This document shows, piece after piece, positions 1 through 12,044 of a stretch of DNA of 64,000 nucleotides. The DNA lies in NCBI RefSeq assembly GCF_009834535.1, contig NC_045707.1, positions 46,254,001 to 46,318,000 on the forward strand, read 5' to 3'. How positions within the stretch are numbered: position 1 is the stretch's first letter; each line of letters begins with the position of its first letter. The stretch is from Camelus ferus (lineage: Eukaryota). The notes under the pieces are model-generated. The model saw nothing but the letters and a program-made list of their open reading frames with translations. It searched no databases and had not been told where the DNA came from. Made by a program: the position numbers and the translations under genes.

Positions 1-3000
1 ATCCATTTTTTGTCCTTTAGAGCTGCCTCTACTCCATCAGTTCCTTGGGTTGGTTCTCTTGGAGCAGAATGGGGTCCTCCCACCTCCCTGCCTCTCCCTT
101 GGCCCTCAAGGCAGATGGTCAGGTCCCTTTCAGGGAAGATGTTGCTGACAGACACTGCCAGCAACTGGTGGGGAATACCTATGGGTGGGAAAGATTCTAG
201 AACTCCTCAGAAGCTGTTAGGTTGGTGCCCAGGGGTTCTCACTCATCCCTTCCCTCAGTTTGTTCTGAGTATAGGAACTAAAAGCCTCAATGACATTTAT
301 CGTGCATTTAGTCTTAAAATCAGGGCTTCCTGTTTCCTCTTCTGCAGAACTCACCATCCCACATCTCTCCACAAGGAGGAACTCTGAACCCTTCCTTCGA
401 GAAGCCTGAGTTTTTGGTAGGGGTGAGGGGTTGGTGTTTAGTGCTCACTTCCCTGTTGTAAACTTATGTGCTTTTGAGGTATGTAGGAGCCCCAGAGACC
501 CCCTCCTCTTCTTAGCAGCACCCTCTTTGGGTGTCACTTAACATGCCTCTGCGGTTCCCTTGCTGGGGGACTGTGGCTGTCTGTTAGCTGCAAGTGGTAC
601 CCAACAGAGATAGGTTTTTCATTAGCATAGACTTCCCCTTCTGCTCTTCAAGGCCAGTCTGTTTTAATTGGGCCTTTCCACTCTCCCTTGAATTTAATTC
701 TTATGTAAATTATGAATTATACAGTAAATCTTTACCAGGTAAGACTAATGTTGTAAGGGGTTAATTTGCATTAATTGGAAGCTCTTTTGAAGCAATATGT
801 ATTTTTGTGGTGTATGTAACTCAAAGTAGGTTACCTACCATTGTTGCCTGGTAGAGGCTTAGTGAGAAGATAATTATTTCTAATTACAGTATCAAGTGTT
901 TGTAAGTGCTTGAAGATATTTGAAGGATTTGTTTTTGGGAACCTTGAACGCTTTGCCTGGTCTCCCTCACACTGTTACTCAGCAGTGTCTGTGGATAAAG
1001 GTTTGGGCTATCACAAGTACGTGTATTCCAGCCCCTGTTCCACATGATCCTTGATTCCAGATTTGCTTTACCTGCAGTCAAGAAATAGAACTTTTGACGC
1101 TACAGGTTTTCTTTTGTCAGTGATACTGAGAGGAAGAGGTGGGGAGAAATAAAACCTTTCTGGTACAACTAGTGACTCAATTCCCGTTCTGTACACCATG
1201 AACTTATTTGAAGTTCAGAATGTGCCATTGTCAGACTTGAACTACGAAAGGAAGTGTTCTTTGTATAAACAAATTAGAGCAAACATTATACTAAGACACT
1301 TTACTCAGAACACATCCTTTTGGATGCCACGTGAAGATCTTTAAGGTTTTTCATGTCTAGTGTGTAGTGGGGGAAAGTGGCTTTCTTCTCGAATATAGGT
1401 CTTGAATATTCTGTATAGGTAACCACATGAATATAGTAATTACATCTTGATAAAGTGCTTATTGAACCTTCAGAGTTATTTTTCCAGGACGGATTGGCTC
1501 AGTTAGCAAGAAAAACAAGTGTTTGATGCTCTGGTCCAGTAATTTGGTTAACTTCCTTAGGTTCCATATTCACTGAGTAGCTAGACAGTTTGCAAGTGCT
1601 TATCAAGTGAGCAAGGAGAGAAGATGGCTTGGTTGTAGTATATGTATTACCAATAAGAGAGTCATCTAAACCTCATGTTCTTCTGATGGAACATCATAAG
1701 GTCCCCCCTTCAAGGCATGCTGAGCAGGGCTGTGTGTTCTCCACTCTGTCACCCAGCCTGGGGAAGGCCGTCTTCCCTTCTCTCCAGGCAAATCCATGGC
1801 TTATCTGCTGAGTGCCTGTTCGCACAAGCGTCCAGACATCAGCCCCTCTCTGGTGAGGCCCTAGCATCCTCTCTGTAGGTCCCTTACCTGGCTTACTTTC
1901 CTGATTTTTACCTTCTGTTTCTCTCCTTCTCCTTCTCTTTGTGGTTGTAAATGCTTGGGCATAATTCTGATAAAAAGCAACGGGTTTTTTATCCTCGTAA
2001 AATTATTTTGCTGAAGTCACTGTTTCTCTTATAGAGCATGGTTGAAGAATGGACTTTCCAGGCTAAGATGGGTGTGGCCACAGTAGGAAGTCATATGGGT
2101 GTTGAGTTCAAGTTCCACCTGAGGGAGAATTTTCTATAAGGGTGGTCTCAGCCAAACCCAGAGTGTCCCACCCAAGGCTGGATGACCATATGAGGGACAC
2201 TGTGGAATGGGTTCTCCAGGGGTTGGTGGCTTGTACATATCTTGTGGAATCTTGCATACTTCATATGATTGAGTTGAGCCCCAGCTAAGATGTTTATTTT
2301 CTGTGGATTTCAAGAAACATATATATTCTTCTTAAGCTTTGTTTGTTCCATAAAATAGGGCTGGTGTGCTAAATGTATGAGTACATAAAAATATTTAACA
2401 TAATGCCTGCTTCATAATGGAAGTCCTCGGCCGTTGTCAGGGAAGCAGGCTCTGGAGATGGATGGCCTGGATTTCAGTCCTAGCTCTGCTGTTAATGAGG
2501 CAGTTCACTTGACTTCTCTGTGCCTACTGTTTTCATTTGTAAAATGGTAATAATAGTAGAACCTATCTCAGCGTTTTTAACCAATAGGATATGGCCCCTG
2601 TCCCTGACATGATATTTTTCCTCCAGGGCATGTGGTGGGATTAAAGTTAGGTAGAGCCAATGCAATGGGCGCAGGAAATCCAGATGTCTCTTCTGGGGAC
2701 ATCTTTAGGACCCAGCGGACAAGTCACTGAGTTCCCTGCCCCCCCATGACCACCAGCAACATTCCTGATGGTAGAGGCTCCTTCACAGCCTGGGTGTCTC
2801 AGCTGACTCGCGGCAGACTTGTTAGCCTGAGCAAGAGATTAACCTTTCCCCTATTTTAAGGCCCTGGGATTTTGACATGGGTTGTTACCAAGGCAAAGCC
2901 GAGTGCATTCCGACCTGCACACCCTAGGAACAGCCTTGATACTACACCTTGAAGTTAGATTTCAGCTAAAATGAGTGAGTGTACAGAATGTCAGCTGTGT

Positions 3001-4029
3001 CGTATTGGACACCAAGGCCACAGAGACCTGCAAAAGCATTTGGATCCTGAACCCGCAGCTCCTTTGTGGGCCTGCCTGTAAAACCACCCTCATGTGTGCC
3101 AAGAGATACCTGTTGCCTGGGCAGTGACCGTCAGTATGACGGACCTGACCCTTTCCCTATGTGACTGAGCTCAGGCAGCTTTTCTTTAAGCAAAGGGTCA
3201 CCATATCTGGCCTGGAGACTAAGCAGGTGGTTGTTATCTGTCTCCTCTCCCCCTCATTCTGATCTCTCTGTCCCTTCACCCTGTGGCCACTCTGTGACCC
3301 CCGGAGCCTCAGGGCTCTCCTGCCTCAGCCCACGCCCTGCAGGTGTCACAGGTGCCTGCTTCCCCTTTCCAGTTCTGGTTTGGGTGGTGTGCCTCTGCAT
3401 TGGCTGTGCTTCCCTTTTTGTTCATGTCTCTCTGGAGCTTTAGGGGGTAAACTTGAAATGTCATAGGGGACAGCCCTCTTTCAAAGGCTGCATGGTTTGT
3501 TTGAGCAGCACTGGTAACGACCAAGTTGTGTCTGGCATCCCAGTGAGTAAGGTGAGCTCCTGGGGGCGTTGAGCTGGAGGCTTGGATTGTAGCAGAGATG
3601 ACTCAGTGTCAGTGTTTGACGTCTGTCCAGGGCTTAAAGTGTTTCCTTAGCCTTTGTTCCAGAACATTGAGGGGACAGCTTTTCTGCTGCCGGAAGGAAA
3701 ACATTATTAGGAATGGCTTTTCACTAGGATGCTGGTGGTTTGCTTGTCATGTAAGATAATAATATAGACAAATAATTTCGAAAGAACTGAAGGAGGTGAG
3801 CAGTCTTTTTAAAAAAAAAAAAAAAGCATCTTTTCTGCCAAAATGGTAATTCAGTTTACTTATTTTTTAAAAAGTTGGAAAATACAACAACATAATAAAA
3901 AGAATGACTCCTTATAATCCCAGAGTGCAAAAATAACCATCATTAACAATTTAGAGCTTCTTTTTCTTTTAGTTTTTATAAACAGGTACATTTTTAAATG
4001 AAATTGGGATGATAAACAATAGCAAACCT

Positions 4030-4250
4030 TTATTTAAACTATTTTCTGTGCTAGGAAGTCTTTAAGTACTTTATGTACATTATCTCATTTATTCCTCACA
4101 ACTCTTCGAAGAATCATTATCTCTGTTTTAATGAAGAGAAAACAAGCACAGAGAGGCTAAGTCATTTTTCCAAGGTCACTCAGCCTGTAAGAGTGGTGCT
4201 TAGATGGAAACCAAAGCAGCCTGCCCCCAGAGTCTAGGGTTTTGACCATC
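4030..4250 (-). mobile_element. MIR SINE
   Basis: cattatctcatttattcctcacaac...gcacagagaggctaagtcatttttccaaggtcactcagc. Confidence 0.8.
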
Positions 4251-7200
4251 CCGTGATACTATCTCACAGCGAAGATAGCTTGGATTACCTTTCATAGAAT
4301 TTTGCAGCGTTAGCTCCAAGCTGTCTGGTTCTATCTCCTCGTTCTATAGATTAGGAAATTGAAGACCACAGATATGATTAGATTTGCCCGAGAACACATA
4401 CCGAAACCAGAACACCTGTCCCTGATCCACACGGTTCACGTGCTTGTTAACCCTGGGTGATCTCTGGACCTTTGTCCTGCTCCCCGTGCCCCAGCCCTGA
4501 AACAGCTGCATCGAACAGTTGCCCTCAGTGCTGCGTCCAGATGAAATGGAGGATGGAGGGCTCTGACAGCTTTCCTCCCAGCGTGTACCTGAAATCTCAG
4601 TGTGTGCAGGGAATGTACGGGGGTCCAGCTGTGTGCACGCACGGTATGTGTGAGCTGGCTCTTCATTACCCTGTGAGAGCTAGGGCTGTAAAAGGCTGAA
4701 GCGTACAGCCCTGCAGCACTGCCAGCTTTCCACCCTCATCAGACGTTTTTAACTGAGATTTGCCAACGAGCTGTAAGATTGATTGATTTGCGCTGTAAAT
4801 GCTGTTGCTTTCCTCCACCTGGACACTCGAGGACATGCCAAGCATTGTTGTAACTTTAAAGTGAGCCAGGAGTCAGCCAGACGTCTGTGCGTAAACATTC
4901 CTGTGCGTAGGGCTGTGCTGGCCCCGCAGTCTGTAAGAGAACCTGGCCGTTGCCCTGAGACGCCCGTGCAGGGTGGCCAGCTGCGGCAGGGCTGACAAAG
5001 GGAGAGGAACAGGTGATGACTTCTTGCTGTGTTTGGTAAGGTAAGGTATAAAAACCTCTGTATTTTCAAACGTGTGGTGGACTTCTTAATAGAGAATGTC
5101 AAGGAGAGTTTTTTTTTTTTTTAAGTAACGTAATGTGATCTTATCTGATCCCTTCTTATTGACTCTCACAAATAATGTGGAGTGAAAAAAAAAAGAAGAG
5201 TACTTGATATATTAGTCAGAACTAACGTATGCTGTTAGAAGTCAGGTTCCTGGTTACCTCTGGAGGTTGGGGTGATGTAATTGTGACTGAAGGGGGCACA
5301 AGGCCAGCTTCTGTTCTGGTTTTTTAACTGGGTCCTAGTTACACTGGTTCCACAGTTTGTGAAAATTTGAGTTTTATTCTTGTTCGATGTGCTGTTTTCT
5401 GCATGTAAATTGTAGTTCAATTAAAGATTAAAAGTTCTTATTTTTTACTTTTATTTGCGTATCATGTTGCACATTGGTACTCAGAAAAATCTCTATTTAG
5501 TTAAATCAGTTTCAAATGATGTAGAACTGATTACTTAGGTATTAAGAAAATATCTTGACCTGGAATTGCCAGGTCTGTCTGGGCGGAACTTCTAAAGTCA
5601 TTTTTGTATTCCATTCAAAGGTATTTTAAATGACTTCAGTGTCGATTCTCCTGAAATAAAAATATGTCGTCACTTTAGTTCAGCAGACATTTAATTGACA
5701 GCCTCCTGTGAATATGGGGCAGTGCCAGCTCTACAGCTGGGCACAGGTGTGACACCCCCTCTCCCCTAAAGGAGTGGCCCAGTAGAAGGAGTGGAGCGTC
5801 ACTGAGGGGCTCAGAAAGGAAAGGCAGCTTTCGGGCAGCACTAGGAAGAGCTTTGTGGGAAAAGTGGCCTTTGGAATGGATCTTGAAGAGTATGTTGGAT
5901 TTTGATAAGAAGTGGATGGATGGCAGGCATCGCGAGTATCATATGTCCAAGGCAATCCATAGAAAATTCGCACACGTTCTGGGAACTCTGGGTTGTATGG
6001 TTTGCTAGAGATTATTGGCATCCATCAGGTGCAAGGCGAGGCCTCAGAGGTTAAGCCGGGGCCACAGCAGTGGCCAGGTTGTATTCTAAAATTTAGGAGG
6101 CATTAGGGAGCCAAAGAGGTTTTCTGAGAAGTAGAGTTGTGTGACGAGATTGGATCTCTCGGTGAAATCAAATTCCCAGCCTCTTGGCTGTACCATTATC
6201 ATTTATGACCCTGTCTGCCCCAGAGAAACCTGTCCTTGATTTAGTGCATTTTTTTGATACTGTACTTTAGGCCATGTTTAGATCCACTAGTGGGCCTTAG
6301 ACGTGTGGCTTCCTTGAACTTCCTGTGGTCATCTCTCTAGGACCTGACGATGATTATTATTATGTACTTTCTTTAGTCCCTACACCCATCCTTCCCTCTT
6401 GACCAGGTGAAGTCACAATTCCTTTATTCTTTTTTCTAGTCTGAGTGATTAAGCATTTATTTCCTTCCAGCTTTTCCTATATGATGCTGTTCTGCCAGAT
6501 AAAGCAACCAGAGGTCCCTTCCTCGCGGCAGAGCTGTGTGTGGGAGGAGAGGAGCCGGGAAATAATGTTAGCAGAATGTAAGTTGTGAAGGAGGCCTGCC
6601 CCACCGACCTGGGATTGTGCTCCCCTGTGTCACTGGGCTCCTTCCTTTGGGAAGAAGCACTGGGTGGGCTTTTGCATATGGCAAAGTGTTAGTAATGCCC
6701 ATTGTTGGAGATAGTCCACATTGGAGCCTGGGTCACGTGGGCAGTATGAGGCCTGTTAGAAGTTATTATCTTAGTAATTTTTTGCTATGTTAGCCTATTG
6801 TCTCCTGGAAAAAAGCTAACTGGAGCTGAACATTGTCTCCCGTTCAGTTTCTGTGGAGACTCTTATCAAGGCACTATTCTAATCAAAGGGTTGATAACTT
6901 GACAAACATGTTGCTTCAGTTTAGATCTTACAAATCTTTGTTTAGAGATTGTGGTCAGACTCTATAAAGACCTGTTCTTAGTCCTCTGGGGACAAGAGCA
7001 GTAGTAGCGTGCCGTGACATGGGAGGAGGACCAGAGTTAGGGTGACTTGGATTCAAATCGTAACTCTTAATTCTCCGTTTTTGCGTGTTATGTGGATGTA
7101 ACACATTGTTTGCCTGGCGTGGTGCTGAGGCTCAAACAAGGCAAGGCCTGTGGGCATCCAGTGCCTGGCACACAGACCACGTTTGCCTTTCCCCTTAGAG

Positions 7201-7486
7201 CACAGTCTAGCCACCCCCCTTGCCCGGGTGCTCAGTGGTGCTTTGCTGTGCTTTTCCCCAGGTGGCCTGTGAGTGAGAATGCTATCTCATATGGCCTGAA
7301 GTATTATCACAGTTGTTGTTTTTAATCACTTTGGTTGTGGTTTGGGTTATTTGCTTCCATATCTAAATACTGCTGTTGTGTTAATTATTAAAATTAATCT
7401 CATACCATGTTATTTCATCACATCTGTTTAATGGTTTCATTAAGAAAATACTTTCTTATCTTGACAAACGTACCTACTGAAACTGT

Positions 7487-7590
7487 TCTTTCTTTCTCTT
7501 TCATTTTTCTCTTTCTTTCCTTCTTTCTCTTTCTCTCTCTCTTCCTCCCTCCTCCCCTCCCTCCCTTCCTTCCTTCCTTTCATTCTCCTT
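7487..7590. repeat. CT-rich polypyrimidine microsatellite (TTTC/CCTT)
   Basis: ttctttctttctctt...cctccctcctcccctccctcccttccttccttcc. Confidence 0.9.
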
Positions 7591-7997
7591 CTGTTAAATG
7601 ATGGAGTTCTGAATTGGGTGCATGTCCCACAGTGATGAAGTCTACTGTGGGACGTGGCAGGTGTCCCAGTAATCTGACACTGGGGGAAACCACAACTGAC
7701 TGATAACCTCATCCCATTATGCATTTTCTGTCCTGGCAACCAGCAGTTACCACCTAATCAGACAGAAAATCGGAGACCCTGGGAAAGTTGAATCTCATCG
7801 TTCGTATACATGGTACAGGAAAGGAGTAGGATTGTCCTGTATTCAACTTGAGAGGCTAGTAGAGAGTTTTTATCTTGTGAATACTTGAAATTTGAAAATC
7901 TGGGACATAAAAGATGTCTGTGATGTATGCACAGATTCTGTCTGAGCAGCTGGCTCCGACTTCCAGTCTCAAAGTGTTCCTTCCCTGTCTCTTTCAG

Positions 7998-8914
7998 GTA
8001 GAACGTCATGACATGAATACCCTAAGCCTGCCCCTGAACATACGCCGAGGGGGATCAGACACCAACCTCAACTTTGATGTACCTGATGGCATCCTGGACT
8101 TCCACAAGGTCAAGCTCAGTGCGGACAGCCTGAAACAGAAAATTCTGAAGGTAACAGAGCAGATAAAAATCGAGCAGACGTCCCGTGATGGGAACGTGGC
8201 AGAGTACCTGAAACTGGTCAGCAGTGCGGACAAGCAGCAGGCTGGCCGCATCAAACAAGTCTTTGAGAAGAAGAATCAGAAGTCAGCTCACTCCATCGCC
8301 CAGCTGCAGAAGAAGTTAGATCAGTATCACAGAAAGCTCAGGGAGCTCGAGCAGAACGGAGCCCCCAGGAGCTCAAAGGACGTCGCCAAGGACAACCTGA
8401 AGGACATCCAGCACTCCCTGAAAGATGCCCAGGCCAAGGCCCGCACCGCTCCCCATGGCCTGGAGGGTGGTAAGTCGGGCATGCCAGGGGTGTCCCTCAC
8501 CCCGCCCGTGTTCGTCTTCAGCAAGTCCAGAGAGTTTGCCAACCTGATCCGGAACAAGTTTGGCAGTGCCGACAACATCGCTCACTTGAAAAATTCCTTG
8601 GAGGAGTTTAGGCCAGAGGCGGGTGCCAGGGCCTACGGGGGCAGCGCCACCATCATGAACAAGCCCAAGTACGGCAGCGACGACGAGTGCTCGAGCGGCA
8701 CGTCAGGCTCCGCCGACAGCAACGGGAACCAGTCGTTCGGGGCGGGCGGCGCGGGCGCGCTGGGCAGCCAGGGGAAGCTCAGCGCCATCCTGGAGGAGCT
8801 GCGGGACATCAAGGAGACCCAGGCGCAGCTGGCCGAGGACATCGAGGCGCTGAAGGTGCAGTTCAAGAGGGAGTACGGCTTCATCTCTCAGACCCTGCAG
8901 GAGGAGAGATACAG
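7998..8914 (+). CDS. TMCC3: Transmembrane and coiled-coil domain protein 3, large internal coding exon (917 nt, phase 0 in, phase 2 out)
   Basis: Translation VERHDMNTLSLPLNIRRGGSDTNLNFDVPDG...REFANLIRNKFGSADNI...QTLQEERYR matches TMCC3. Acceptor tctctttcag| ends at 7997 and donor ag|gtatct starts at 8915. An in-frame ATG at 8013 (MNTLSL) could start a 446-aa short isoform. The first coding exon lies outside the window or was not recognised. Confidence 0.97.
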
Positions 8915-9299
8915 GTATCTCCAACTCTTCCCTCATGCCTCTCTAGGTGCGCCAGGGTCTACCGGCTGCAGACACGTGGCTTGAGAGCGATGCACTCACG
9001 GCTGTATTCTCTGTAAATGGGGATACAGGTCCAAAGGCATTTAGGAACCAGCAGTTCCACACTTCATGATTCCAAGTTTTGTAATTTGTGACTTAAACCT
9101 TGACAGCTTAGAGACATACATTTCACACATAGGTCTGTTAAAATACTACTCTGTAGTTGATGACTCATACATATTAAGCTCCTGATTCAGGAAACTTCTG
9201 ATAGGAAGTCTCAGGACACCAACTCATAACCTGTATTTGATTTCCCTCCCTAATAACTGTCAGGTCAAAAACTAATGTGTTGTCCAGCAAGGTAACTTT

Positions 9300-9345
9300 G
9301 TTTGTTTGTGAGACTTTATTCTTTTAGACCAGTTTCAGGTTCACA
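9300..9345 (-). mobile_element. 46-bp L1 3' tip with 14-bp TSD
   Basis: agactttattcttttagaccagtttcaggttcaca flanked by agcaaggtaacttt (9286-9299) and agtaaggtaacttt (9346-9359). Confidence 0.7.
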
Positions 9346-10985
9346 AGTAAGGTAACTTTTATTTGGGACATCAGTCATGAAGTCTCTATATAATATAATG
9401 TATTTTTTCATAATACTGTATTCTGCTCATTCAACTTTTCATCCTAAAGAGCTTTCAAAAAGAATCTTAAGATTAAAGTATAATTCAAATCTTGCGGATT
9501 AGATTAGTTAATTTTTAAAGTCAGGTATTTTGTAGTCTGGCTTTTATGTGCTTATAACTTAAAAAGGGTATATGCCAAATATGAGGTGATTTTTCACTAC
9601 TTTCCAATAAAAATATCCCCCCAAGTTTTTTTTTGTCAAATGAATATGTTAACTTATAAAAATATAGATTAAAAAAGGAATGCCTAGTACATTTTGTAAG
9701 ATTTAAATTTTAAATTTAGCTGACACGTTCTTTTCTGTCTGATACGTGATTTTATATATGTGTTAATTTAGAGAAGTGGCTTTTTTTGGCTCTCATATTT
9801 TATGAAACGATTTTTTTTTAAAACTTTCCTCATACATCTTTGACTTTAGATTCTCTGTCACATAAGAACTGTTTTTGAGTCAGTTTTCTGAGATAATATG
9901 GACTTTAATTCCATTCAAATAATTTTGGATACAGCACCCTTTGGATCCAAATTTTATTTCAAGTCACAATTAACCATTTACGTAAATTTAGGACAGTTTT
10001 GGTTCTCCTTTGTTAAACAGTTACGTTTGTGATCTCCCTGATTTAGTCGCTCACTGTATTGCTTACTTTAACAGGTTAGTTTACAACGTCAACATTGGGC
10101 ACCTGTGAAATCCTACCTGAGAATAATCGTTAAATCTGTCCTAAGGTTGTTTTTTTTTTTTTAAATGATTCTGTCAAGTGACTTATATAAGCATCTAAAA
10201 TTGACATTGATTGAAGTCATTCTGGGCTAACGCATCTTCTCCTAGTAGTGCTTCCTATTTCAAAATAAACATTGTAAGGTTTCAAATATAAGACAAAATT
10301 TCTCTTCTCTGAGGGGACTGGGGAATGGGATTGGGAATCTTCGTGCTTCTGTGACTTTAGATTTGGGCTTTTGAAAATGCCACCTGATAAGCTATCTTTA
10401 ATTTGTAATGAGTGTGATTTCTTTTTTATTGGCATTTAAGTTTCAAGTTATCTTCAGAATCCCTGTGTATGCAGTGGGAAGTAAATGGAATGGTTTCCAG
10501 CATAGAAATTGGTTCTTTCCTCATAGCCTCTGTGGCGCAGGCGAGCTGTGGCTTTGACGCTGGGCGCTGTGGGGGCAGAAGAGGGAAAAGCACCAGGATG
10601 CCAGCGGGTCTTCACCTTGAGCAGGACCCCGGACAGCCCTGTCTCCAGACTGGCCAACGAGGTCTGTCCTGTCTTCCTCATTGCCTGCCTCAGTGCTAGT
10701 CTGATGGGGGAAAAACCAGGTTTGGTTTGCATGAAACCTCAGCAGTGAGGACAGAGTTAGGACTGCAGAGACCAGTCCTCTCTGGAGCTAGAATTCAGCA
10801 TTGTGCAAAGCGTGTTCCCCACAGCTAGACTGATTCCTTCTGAAGCACATCCCCCAGCACTTGCTGGGGATGAAAATAGGCCAAGGCGCACTGGTGGTGG
10901 TGAGACCCGAAGGACGTCGTTCTGAATGTGCTGTCGGAACACCTTTGAAGTGTCACACTCAACATCTGCTCCTCTCTTTGCAAAG

Positions 10986-11121
10986 GTACGAGCGACTGGA
11001 AGACCAGCTCCATGACCTCACTGACCTGCATCAGCATGAGACTGCCAACCTGAAGCAAGAGCTGGCCAGCATCGAGGAGAAGGTGGCCTACCAGGCCCAG
11101 GAGCGGTCGCGGGACATCCAG
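10986..11121 (+). CDS. TMCC3: TMCC3 penultimate coding exon (136 nt), second coiled-coil
   Basis: (R)[45 protein letters not shown]. Acceptor ctctctttgcaaag| and donor cag|gtgcct. Phases are compatible with both flanking exons. Confidence 0.96.
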
Positions 11122-11689
11122 GTGCCTCGCCTTCCATCATCAGCCTTTAATTCGTTTCACAAACTAAGTGCATTGCCCCTAAGCCCAAAAGAGTTTCTGG
11201 CACATGGAGCAGACATTTATTCTCCACCTTATTAACCCCATTAGCTCATGTTATAGACATTAAGCTATATTCTGTTTACTTTCTGCCTAAATTAGTTTAA
11301 AAAAGTTTATTTACCCCAATGCCCTCACCTATACCCTCCTCTCCCTACCACCACCACAATCACCACCGCAGTTTTCACAAATTTTAAAATTTGTGAGACA
11401 AACCTTGCCTTCAATAAGCTTACTGCCTAGGTAGTGGATAAGGAGTAACTCAGCTGCCAAACGGCTTGAGACACAGTGAACAGGGGCCAAATTCCATGGC
11501 ACAGGCTCTGAAAGCCACAGACATTGAGACGGGTGGTGCCTAGCAAGCTATGGACCAGTGGGGCAGGTCATTACTTTGTAGTTAGATACTGGATTTCAGT
11601 CCCACATCTACCATTTACCAGCTGTGTGGTCCTTAAGTTTATTTGCTCATGTGAAAAATAATAGCTTTCGTATTTAGAAGAATTGCAAG

Positions 11690-11840
11690 CACTTGAGTGC
11701 AGACTGTGTGTCAATCCCTATCAAAGCACTTTGCATGTCTTTCTTTCCCATTTACTCCTCACAACAACCCTTTGAGGTAGGTCTTATCATTCTCCCCATT
11801 TCTCAGATGTGGAGATCGAGGCACAGAGAGGTTAAGTGTC
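11690..11840 (-). mobile_element. MIR SINE
   Basis: ctcctcacaacaaccctttgaggtagg...cccatttctcagatgtggagatcgaggcacagagaggttaag. Confidence 0.8.
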
Positions 11841-12044
11841 TGGAACAAAGCCTTGCAAATAGTCCTTGAATAGTGAATGTGAATGAATGTCCTGGAGAAA
11901 GTGGGACATGAAGGGGTGGGTGGGGTCCCGATGGATAGAGGGAAGGGGTAAGTGAATCAGTATAAACAAGGCATGTTCCGGTACTAACATGGCACTAACA
12001 CTGGTGCCACGTGAAGCAACCCTAGGCTTCTTGGGTGCCTTTTT

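Noticed and set aside
7914..7997. N-terminal 28 aa of the 356-aa ORF, and the analogous ORF extensions at 10861-10985 and 15994-16047
   Set aside because: These are intronic sequence upstream of clear polypyrimidine-AG acceptors, with no TMCC similarity.
8006..8936. Multiple antisense and alternative-frame ORFs over the large exon
   Set aside because: Shadow ORFs expected from GC3-rich coding sequence; no recognisable products.
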